A stretch of DNA of 64,000 bases from Eledone cirrhosa (taxonomy: Eukaryota), in contig OZ024748.1 in the NCBI GenBank assembly GCA_964016885.1, positions 26,226,001-26,290,000 on the forward strand, in the 5' to 3' direction. The notes below the pieces were generated by a model. The model was not told the origin of the DNA and did not search any database. It was given only the letters and a program-made list of their open reading frames with translations. Each line of letters starts with the position of its first letter. Within the stretch, counting starts at the first letter, position 1. A program made the position numbers and the translations under genes. Shown in pieces: positions 18,508 through 28,134 of the stretch.

Positions 18508-18641
18508 AATATGGTTTTATAAATATAGTTTCCATTTATTAATACCATTGATATTATACTCCAGAAAATCTGTCGAGTGCTTCGAATCAGTTATAAACAT
18601 ATATATTTGTTGAATTACCAACAAATTAAATATCCCTTTTG

Positions 18642-18680
<39 letters not shown>

Positions 18681-18685
<5 letters not shown>

Positions 18686-18885
18686 AACAAGTAAGACCCC
18701 GACGGCTGAGCTCAAGCCGTTTCGACGGCTAATTCTGTACTCAGAATTGAGTACAGAATTAGCCGTCGAAACGGCTTGAGCTCAGCCATCGGGGTCTTAC
18801 TTGTTCCTATTACCCACTCTACTACCCTAAGTATTGAGTACTTTGGTGCATTATGGTCCACCTGGTTCCTTACCACATTTCCTTC
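18681..18885 (-). mobile_element. Element with a near-perfect 63-bp-arm hairpin (18681-18810, loop GAAT), inserted in (TA)n
   Basis: Arms are complementary with one mismatch; homologous to 14085-14252. Confidence 0.85.
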
Positions 18886-18903
18886 GTTATATATATATAT
18901 ATA

Positions 18904-19642
18904 TATCAAAATAAAGATCTGAAGGCATGGTATAAATTTCCAATCATTTTAATCATGACACCTGTTTCAATAAGAGATAGATCGATCGTGTAGCCATGAT
19001 CGATTATCACTGTTCTCGTCAGGTGAAAATGAATTGTCTTCAAATCCTTGATATTTCCAATTTACATCGTCAAATTGAGATTTGACCAATATAACATTTG
19101 TTGTTTTGTAAACTAACTTTCAGTGAATACTATGTTGGTATATTTATATATTTTTTCTTTGACCTCGTGTCAGTGTGTATGTACTCACTCACACTAACTG
19201 TGACCGTCTATAGTTCTACAGATTTTATGCTATGTTGGTATATGTATATATTTATTCTTTGACCTCGCGTCGTGTGTGTGTGAGTGTGTGTGTACCCACT
19301 CACATTAACTGTGACCGACTGTAATTCTACAGATTTGATTGATGTCCAGCGTCTTTTACAGTTATTGGGAGATAGAGACTTGATAGTTTTATGACCCTAA
19401 CTGAGGATGATATCAGTCGTAGTGTTTTGACTGCTTGATCTTCATATGAGGGACTAAACTCTGTGAGTGAACATTGTTAATTTTCTCCCTCATATCAAGG
19501 ATTTGAAGACAATTCATTTTCACCTGACGAGATCAGTGATAATCGATCATGGCTACACAATCGATCTATCTCTTATTGAAACATGTGTCGTGATTAAAAT
19601 GATTGGAAATTTATACCTTGCCTTCGGATCTTTATTTTGATA
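18904..19642. mobile_element. Element with about 150-bp inverted termini, each carrying a hammerhead; internal direct duplication of about 100 bp
   Basis: 18904-19054 is the inverse of 19492-19642; 19130-19226 is repeated at 19230-19336. Confidence 0.8.
19514..19602 (+). ncRNA. Type I hammerhead ribozyme motif (mirror copy on minus strand, 18944-19032)
   Basis: TCATTTTCAC-CTGACGA(19524)-long stem II with ATCGAT/ATCGAT-GAAA-CATGTG-TC-GTGA(tta)AAATGA. Confidence 0.75.
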
Positions 19643-20045
19643 CAAATACTGTTTTACATCATCTAGCTGTTCCCATAAATGGAATTGGAGATATACAAAA
19701 GCGTGGAGAACTTAATATTACTAACAAAGATTTATTGGACCGTTTGACACAACCAATAATACACCTTACTATATAACAACTATATATATATATATATGTA
19801 TATTTCATTACATAATAAACAACACAATATAATTATTCCATTACCAAAGGTTTCAAGAAACTAGATGACCTTTACAGAAACGTCTAGCCCATTCATCAGA
19901 TGAAAGAGTTATGTTTTGAAATTGATATCTATTAAAAATGAAAGTGAGGCTGAGTTAAAATAACATCCTATAACAGAAATATGTTTTTATATATATATAT
20001 ATATACACACATATATACATACATGCACACACACACACACATATA

Positions 20046-20466
20046 TTTTTATAATTTTTATTCTTTTTATAATTTTTTAAATATATATATTATTCAAAAT
20101 GTTAATAAATGAAAAATATTCTCATAATCAAAATATATATTTTATTGTACATATTTCAAAGGTACAATGGTGTTTAAGTACGTTTTCATCAGATAAAATA
20201 TATGATTTGATATGTGACATACCGCTACGGTTTTGATTATTCAATTCCAGTATTGGCAGTACTGGAATTGAATAATCAAAACTGTAGCGGTATGTCACAT
20301 ATCAAATCATATATTTTATCTGATGAAAACGTACTTAAACACCATTGTACCTTTGAAATATGTACAATAAAATATATATTTTGATTATGAGAATATTTTT
20401 CATTTATTAACATTTTGAATAATATATATATTTAAAAAATTATAAAAATAATAAAAATTATAAAAA
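20046..20466. repeat. Near-perfect 420-bp palindrome centred at 20256, with a hammerhead-like motif in both arms (U16.1 replaced by C)
   Basis: TCATCAG 20186-20192 mirrors CTGATGA 20320-20326; ATATTTTAT-CTGATGA..GAAA-TATGTA-CA-ATAAAATAT; same architecture as 18447-18507. Confidence 0.88.
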
Positions 20467-20478
20467 TTAACAGCGTAT

Positions 20479-20557
<79 letters not shown>

Positions 20558-20666
20558 ATGTATGTATATTTATGTGTGTATATATACAAACATTTTTCTG
20601 TTATAGGATGTTATTTTAACTCAGCCTCACTTTCATTTTTAATAGATATCAATTTCAAAAGATAAC

Positions 20667-20740
20667 TATTTCATCTGATGAATGGGGCGGACGTTTCTCT
20701 AAGGATCGTCAAGTTTCTTGAAACCTTTGGTAATGGAATA
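20667..20740 (+). ncRNA. Type I hammerhead ribozyme motif (mirror copy on minus strand, 19834-19906)
   Basis: TATTTCAT-CTGATGA(20675)-degenerate stem II-GAAA-CCTTTGG-TA-ATGGAATA. Confidence 0.68.
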
Positions 20741-20930
20741 ATTATATTGTGTTGTTTATTATGTAATTAAATAGCTCTGTACAATACATAGAGCACTCTT
20801 CTTTCCTTTACCTTTTCTACGGAAATACTTAACATATATATATATATATATATATATATACTCTTTTACCTGTTCCAGTCACCTGACTGAGGCCATACTG
20901 GGGCATCACCCTTATATATATATATAGATA

Positions 20931-21616
20931 TATTAGGATTGGTGTTCTGAAACAGCGATGTATACATGAATGTATGTATAGTATATTTGGCAATATACCG
21001 TGTGTTTAGTTAAAAACATTTAGAAGACCATACACTATTGGTTTTAAAGTGGTGACTATGTCACTTACTTCTTTTCGGCGAAAGAAGGGAGAGAAGCTAA
21101 CAGTCTGTTTCACGCTGGTTGGCGATCACGCTTCTTCCGCCGAAAATGATAGAAGCTAGATTCTTATAGAATTCCAGTAATAATCAGGAGCTTATTATAC
21201 AGAGCGATTGCCAGTCCAGAAAATATTAGGTATTAGGATTGGTGCTGTGAAATAGCGATGTATACATGAATGTATACCATACAGTATATTGCCAAATATA
21301 CTATATATACATTCATGTATACATCGCTATTTCAGAGCACCAATACTAATACCTAATTTTTGCTGGACCGGCAATCGCTCTGTATAATCAACTCCTGATT
21401 ATTACTGGAATTCTATAAGAATCCAGCTTCTATAATTTTCGGCGGAAGCAGAGGGTGCGTGGCTCTGATGATTGCCTACCAGCATGAAACAGAGTGTTAG
21501 CTTCTCTCCCTTCTTTCGCTGAAAAGAAGTGACATAGTCACTACTTTAAAACTGATAGCATATGGTCTTCTAAATGTTTTTAACTAAACATACGGGATAT
21601 TGCCAAATATACTATA
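20931..21616. mobile_element. About 300-bp monomer element as inverted partial-tandem copies, with a hammerhead
   Basis: TATTAGGATTGGTG..GCGATGTATACATGAATG recurs at 20931 and 21231; 20976-21277 is the inverse of about 21305-21616. Confidence 0.8.
21461..21502 (+). ncRNA. Type I hammerhead ribozyme motif
   Basis: GGCT-CTGATGA(21465)-tTGCctaccaGCAt-GAAA-CAGAGTG-TT-AGCT; the left-arm copy has lost the CTGATGA box by deletion. Confidence 0.65.
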
Positions 21617-21617
21617 C

Positions 21618-21947
21618 ATCATCATTTTACGTCCACTTTTCCCTGCTTGCAAGGGTGGGACGGGAACTGATTGTGGCTTGATTTCTACAGCTGGATGCCC
21701 TTCCTAACACCAACCTCATTTACAGTGAGTGCTGGGTGCTTTTTTGCCGTGGCACCTCCACGACCACTTTGCAGTGGAATGATAGGGATCCCAGTCCCTA
21801 TCATCTCATTTCTACAGCTGAGTAAACTGGAGCAATGTGAAATAAAGTGTCTTGCTCAAGGAAACAACATATCACCCGGTCTGAGAATTGAACTCACAAC
21901 CTTTCGATTGCAAGGCCAATGCTCTAACCACTAAGCCATGTGCCTCC
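21618..21947 (-). mobile_element. Composite SINE (tRNA head, CORE-like segment, RTE-type 3' tail)
   Basis: Tail CATCATCATTTTACGTCC.CTTTTCCCTGCTTGCAAGGGTGGGAC nearly identical to the RTE 3' end at 16675-16722; head homologous to 15085. Confidence 0.75.
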
Positions 21948-23699
21948 ATACATACATTCATATAGATATATATCAAAAATAGAAGTATTTATATCACAAA
22001 CAATGTGGATAAGTTTGTTTTGATTCTCTTTTACAATTTTCTGTTTATATATATATATATACATATATACATATATCTTTACCTAAACGCTGCCACTGTA
22101 CTCACTGAATAACTATAATATGTGCACTCTGAACCTTAGGATGCAGTTTCACAAGTGGAAGCTTATTGTTTCATTGAGTTTGCTGAAATAACTTCGGAGA
22201 CTTTCATAAACTGTGTGTATATATATATCTATCTGTTTTTACATTTATTTATCAAACTAACTGTTTATCTTATAGTTCCTGCTGTTGAGGGTTGTTCTAT
22301 CCACAGTGTGTAAAACAACCCTGCAGTAACGTTCCCTCCTATTGGGGATTTCAATTGTTATTTTATTATATATAGTTTGTTATTTATTAATGTTAAAGTT
22401 ATATGATTTTATGTAAAACCCCTGCCGTCACGTCTTGTAATGTCCCATTTTTGTACGCCCCTGTGGCAAATAAAGAAATATATCTTATAGTGTTTTATAT
22501 TTATCTAAAAACCTTTCATTATGATTTTATGTAAGAACCGTTGTTAAGTTATGATCCAAACACCAGCTTTGCTAAATATCTCCAAATTCTTGAGTATTTT
22601 CAAAATTAATTGAAAATTTTAGGCAGCACTCTTCCTTAGAAATATGATAATGAAAGGGTTAATTGAATAAATAGAACACTGACATTTGAATAATGTGATA
22701 GACATTTATATAATCTTATAAATATTAAAATAATTTATTGTAACATTAAAAAAAATATAAGCCTGAAGATTTGAAGGAAAACAAAAATGAAAAGGTTGTG
22801 ATTAGTAACTGTTATTTAACTCTTAACATGCTGTAATGATTTAGAAGAAAATATATAAAAACGTTTTTTTTAATTAAAATGTTTACAGTATCTTTACCAG
22901 TGGACAGACTTTCATGAAAATCTGCAATATTAGAGTTAAGACTTTAATTTTGAATGTGATGCAGTCATGGTGCAATTTCGTACTTTTCAAGAATGTCTTG
23001 CTAATGTGGTTTCATGTGGTACAGGATGTTAAGAGTTAATGTGATGCAGTCATAGTGCTGTTTTGTATTTTCCAAGAAGGACTTACTAATGTGGTTTCAT
23101 ACGATATAAGACATTAAGAGTTAATGAAGGAGCTAGTTGATTAAAACCATTTGATAAAAAAGAGATTGACATATATTCCATTCAATCCAGTTCCATCCAT
23201 ATGCATTCCAATGTATTTTGATTGCCAAAGTATTAAGAAAAAAACACAAAAAAAAAACAAAAAAAGAATGTGACTAGCCACAAAAATAAACTTTATAAGA
23301 AAGATAAGCTAGTATTAGTTTTCACTAAAAAGCTATAACCAGAATGATAACTATATGGTAATAGATATATATAGAAAATATCTTTGATAATTCAAAATAT
23401 ATTTAAATTTGGTGAGAAAACAAATGAATGTGTAAGTGGCATATGAAAGTAGCTACCAGTGATATATTAGGGTTAGACTGAGTAGATTATTGAGATTATA
23501 CTGTCATGGAATCATTACAGTATATTAATGATGTGATAACATTTGTTCATATTAGTTGATTTACTCAAAAGTTTATATCCTATTATATAAACATTTGGGT
23601 GGAAAAACAGGTGATGGATAAAATTATGACTAAAACAGGATATGGTTTGTATTTCTCCATTCACTTTAACTAATTGAACTCTAGTCTTTCTTAGTTTGT

Positions 23700-24300
23700 C
23701 TCTAGACCTGGGATCCACAGAACTCTAGTCTGCCTCTAGGCCAGGGAACCACAAGTGAGCTTATTTGCAATCCAACTTCTCCATACAATTTAAGATCATC
23801 CATAAAAAGTAAATGATTAGCTTTCTGTTGTTTCCCCTTAAAATCGTACCAATCCTTCGCTCTTTTCAAGATCTTAGTGAGCAGCCCTATGCATAGTACA
23901 GGTAGAAGTGGGGACACACTGTCACCTTGGAATATTCCCCTCATGATTTCTATTGTACCCAAATTTTGCCCAAAACAGGTTAACTCAGTCTTTCAGTTAT
24001 TCATGCTTCTCTTCAAAAACTGCTCACTGTTTTTTGCAATTCCAAACACTCAAGCATTCTAAGATCCAGGTGTGTGGAATTAGTTCATATGCCATGTGAT
24101 AATCTATCCATGATATTGCTAAGTTTTTTTTTTGTTTTTTTTTAGAGTCCCTAAGTATTGTTTAGTTTACCAAAAATTGATCCTTAGTACCTTTGCATTG
24201 ACATCTACTCCCCTTCTGTTCCTCAGGGAGAATATTATTCTCTTTCAAGTGTCCATACATCGCATCAGCAATGACCCCTATCAACAACTTCCTTTATAAA
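23700..24300 (-). mobile_element. Decayed R4/Dong-like non-LTR retrotransposon RT fragment
   Basis: RGIFQGDSVSPLL and NHLLFMDDLKLY motifs; frameshifted upstream part. Confidence 0.8.
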
Positions 24301-24917
24301 GGCTGGTTTTGTTTCATAGAACCAAAATGCAAATGGCCACTTGAAAATAGTTATCTCAACTATGATTTTTAAATATTTGTTTGAAAACATGTCTTGCCAT
24401 ATTGCAGTGATTTTTGGTGGTCTTATTTGTGCCAGTCACTAATCTGGTACTTTCCTCAGCCTCGTGAAACTATGGTCATGAATCTTGGGTAATGACTGAA
24501 AGAATATGACTGCTTGGGGATCCAACTAGATTAATTGGAGATGGTTGCTTCTTACAGGACCTGCTGGAAGGAGTTTGAGGACTCTGCCACCATGACCCTT
24601 CCAGGAACAAATGGGAGAAGAAGGTTTGAAAACATTCACTCAGACATGACATTTGTGAAATATATTTTAAAATTATTAATAATTTATTCTGATAAAATAA
24701 TAGTTTCCTTTAAACTAAAATATTTTCTCCAGCAAATACTGAGTGAGTTTATCATTTGGGAATTTAGCCAGAATATTGAAAATTCCTAGAGAATTTCAAT
24801 TATTTGTTTGTATTTCATAAATTTATCTAAAAACTAACCTTTGTCTGCATCTTAACACTTCAAACATGCATAAACAGACACATAAACATGTACATCCATA
24901 AATTATGCATAAAAATA

Positions 24918-25290
24918 TCATCATCATCATCATCATCATCATCATTTAACGTCCCTTTTTCTATGCTAGCATGAGTTAGATGAGTTGTCCTGTTGTGAGA
25001 CAAGTAAGATTAGGTGACCTTGTCTTGTTCATACAAAACTGTTTTCAGCTTAGTTACAATGGCAGAATGCCTTTCCCAAAGCCAACCATATTTACAGCAT
25101 TGACTGGGTGCTTTTTATCATGGTACCAAAACAACCAACTGACAGGTTGAACTGGGTACTTTTTTATCGTGTCACCAGCACAACCACCTTATATATATAC
25201 ATATATACTCGGATGAGATGACAAAGGAACGTGACAAGTGGAGAGATGCTGTCCTGAGAAGGACCCATCCAACACATGCAATCTGTACCT
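24918..25290. mobile_element. SINE tail (minus strand, (CAT)n) followed by a short plus-strand RTE 3' fragment
   Basis: GACTGGGTGCTTTTT motif; GAGATGACAAAGGAACGTGACAAGTGGAGAGATGCTGT encodes EMTKERDKWRDAV, similar to the 16.7-kb RTE end. Confidence 0.65.
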
Positions 25291-25514
25291 GAATTGAGAA
25301 ATGAAGATCGATTGATAGTGAGGTTTGTCATCATATTATTTAAGTTTATGAAATATGTGATAATTTTTGTGATGAGATATTATAATTACACAACATTGTT
25401 ATTGTTAACTTGTTAGATGTTTATTCATTTATTCATTAATTAGAATATCAGATTCTTCTTTTTTGGTTTTTCTTTATCATCCTAACTTGTTCTTCCCATT
25501 ATATTTCTCCACAG

Positions 25515-26066
25515 AATGCTATGGAGATGTAGCAGACTTTGTATTTGTTCTGGATTCCTCTAGCAGTATTTGGCCTCCTGATTATGAAAGACTACGGTCA
25601 TTTGTTAATAATTTTGCACAAAATTACGATATTGGTCAAGGACCATGTCAGATAAAAATGAGTGTGATATCGTACAGTGACAAGGCCCACATAGACATAC
25701 CATTGGATAAATTCAAAAACAGGCAGGCTGTCTCAGATGCAATAAAAAAAGTCCCTTATAGAATGGGACAGACAAACACAGCTGCTGCTCTGGCTCTTAC
25801 AAAGAAAGTTTTTGAACGCCCTTACCCACAACCTGAAAGACCTCAAGTTGCCATTATTGTCACTGATGGAGTATCAGACAATCCTCTACAAACAAGAAGA
25901 AATGCACAGAAACTAAAGGATGCTGGCATCCATACTTATTCTGTCGGAGTTGGAAACAATGTTGATTTAAATGAATTAGTGGACATTACCAGTGAGTATC
26001 CACAAGGAGTTGTTCGTGTACCCAGCTACAGAGCTCTTGAGAAAATTGCTATCAGCTTTAACGTCA
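25515..26066 (+). CDS. Exon encoding a von Willebrand factor A (VWA) domain, matrilin/collagen VI-like, with intact MIDAS
   Basis: ADFVFVLDSSSSI (DxSxS), GQTNTAAAL (T), IIVTDG (D), YSVGVG; CTAAC branch plus TTTCTCCACAG acceptor; CA/GTGAGT donor; 552 nt, phase 1-1. Confidence 0.93.
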
Positions 26067-26313
26067 GTGAGTAGCCATTTTTTACTATATTCAAAATTAT
26101 AATTCCTATTATTCTATTTTCAAAATATATTTTCAAGATTATAATTAACATTTTGTTTGGCTGAAGCATTTATTGAAGAAGGGTTTATAGTTAAGGGTAC
26201 TTAACTATTTTAATTATTATTCTATTAAGAAGGGTTTATAATTAAGGGTACTTAACTATTTTGTTTTAACTACCATTTTTCTTTGAACCATCCACAATTA
26301 ACATAACTAATTA

Positions 26314-26471
26314 CCATATTTCCCAGCACCGAAGATGCTTTTCCTAAATTTTTGACAACCAAAAATTTGAAAAAAACTAATAAACAACCTTCGGCCTCCA
26401 GGGCGCATGGTAGATTTTTGAGACTTATTTTAGGGAAAAAAAAGTAGCGTTTTCGACGCCGGGAAATACGG
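26314..26471. mobile_element. 158-bp MITE, Tc1/mariner-pogo type
   Basis: TIRs CCATATTTCCCAGCACCGAAGATGCT and AGCGTTTTCGACGCCGGGAAATACGG, flanked by TA on both sides. Confidence 0.8.
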
Positions 26472-27049
26472 TAATTAATTAATCCATTAATTGTGAACCT
26501 ACCCAAAACATACCCAAAACTGGTTCTATTACAGTGTTCAAATGTCAATTGAAATCTTAGACTGAAATCTCATCACAGATAATATTGAATTTCAATAGTT
26601 AAATATTTGTATTTTATTATTGAGATAGAAGTTGGAGGGAGGTGTATTGGCAGTATTAGTAGAGCATTGGACATGCTTTGTGACACATAGTTATGGCCCT
26701 TTATGTTTGGAATTCAAATCCAGCCGAGGTTAACTTTGGCTTTCATCCTTCTAGGGTTGATAAAATAAACCACCTCTGGGGTTTATTTAATCAACTTTTC
26801 CAGATCGACTTCCAAATTGCAGACCATGAAAACCATGTGTGGTGCACCACAGCCATTTGCCGTTCCTCTACCCCTCCTGCCACATATAGTATCTGTTAAG
26901 TTTGCCTGCCATATCTGTCAATATCTGGCAACTCTGGGTCCCTGTTCACCCTGCTCCTTCTTTATATGAGTCCCGAATCCTACACACTCTTGACATTCTG
27001 TAGCTGTGGGCCCCTGTTTACCCTGCTCCTTCTCTACATAGGATCCCCA

Positions 27050-27370
27050 AATCCTGCACATACTGATAAACAATTCTGCCAGTGTCCTATGGTGGCAGTT
27101 ACCTGTTTAACTCATACCACCTCTAATCAAGCGAAATACACAAGTCAGATAGATTTTATTATCACCAGGCAACTAGAATAGAGAATAGAGTGACGGTTGT
27201 AAATACAAAGTCTGTCTCTGGTGAAGAAGAATCTACCACCTGACATAGCTAAGTAATGAGTGACTTCAGAGTGAAAGTTGCATAGACTCGGAGACAGAAG
27301 ATAGTTTGAAGAAGGAAGACATTGAAACTGAAAGAGATCTCAACTTGTGATAAATTCACACATGTCCTAC
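27050..27370 (+). mobile_element. Decayed RTE LINE endonuclease C-terminal fragment
   Basis: SQIDFIITR..NTKSVSGEE-like remnants with stops. Confidence 0.55.
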
Positions 27371-27389
27371 ATAAGGAAGGCAGTAACTT

Positions 27390-27690
27390 GGCAGAATCAT
27401 TACAACATCAGATAGAATGCTTTGAGGCATTTGTTCCAGCTCTCTGCTGTATCAGTTCAAATCATTCCGAGGACAACTTTGCCTTTCATCAATTAAAAGT
27501 CAATAAAAAAGTACCAGTCTAGTACTGGGGTCGATTCTTCCGCTATATCTTTTTCTGACTTTGTTTCGCTAACTTTCTATCTTTCTCTGGAAGAAATCTG
27601 CTATATTCAGACCTGAAAAGATGGGCACTATCCAAGAAATGCTGTATGTCACTACAGCACCTCTACAACCCCATCAGGAGTTATGAGACT
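27390..27690 (+). mobile_element. SINE-like element homologous to 12665-12960
   Basis: Shared blocks as listed for 12665-12960. Confidence 0.7.
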
Positions 27691-28134
27691 TCTCCTCCTA
27701 CCTATGGAAGAAGAGATTTACAATACAGAGAAGACTTACAAGATAGAGGAAAAACGGGTGGTGTGGGGGTTCTACAAGGTTTGCAGACTATAGAGTAGAA
27801 AGAAACCAATATTATGCAGAATTATGTAAATAGAATAAAATTGATCCTTTTAACTCATTTGAAACCAAACTGGCTGAAACCAGCCGTGGTTTTAAGATAC
27901 AAAGCTGTCTATTTTTAAGTATTTCTGTATTTATGTAGGAACATTCGTTAAGTTATGTTCCAAACACTTGCTTAATGAAAAAGTTATTTATATTACAAAA
28001 TCCCTTTATAGTGGAGAGCTGACAAATTAGATTTGGAGTAAAATGGAGAGGGATAAAACAAAATAATGCAAAAGACTACCTACTATATAACATTATGTTG
28101 AAATATACTAACATACTTCTTAATTTTTCTATAG

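Larger units (their letters stand above)
18036..18546. repeat. Long palindromic element centred at about 18380; left arm interrupted by a SINE
   Basis: 18262-18372 is the inverse of 18388-18499; 18036-18085 is the inverse of 18497-18546. Confidence 0.9.
19803..20770. repeat. Outer inverted repeat (arms 19803-20040 and 20519-20770) enclosing an inner palindrome
   Basis: Reverse-complement match read directly, including the CA/TG microsatellite ends. Confidence 0.88.

Noticed and set aside
22925-23125. Short local duplications (also 26177-26262 and 26930-27060)
   Set aside because: Ordinary two-copy tandem duplications with no further signal
25463-25514. ORF-track hydrophobic N-terminus of the VWA ORF as a signal peptide
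   Set aside because: It starts at TTG and is the intron branch point and polypyrimidine tract
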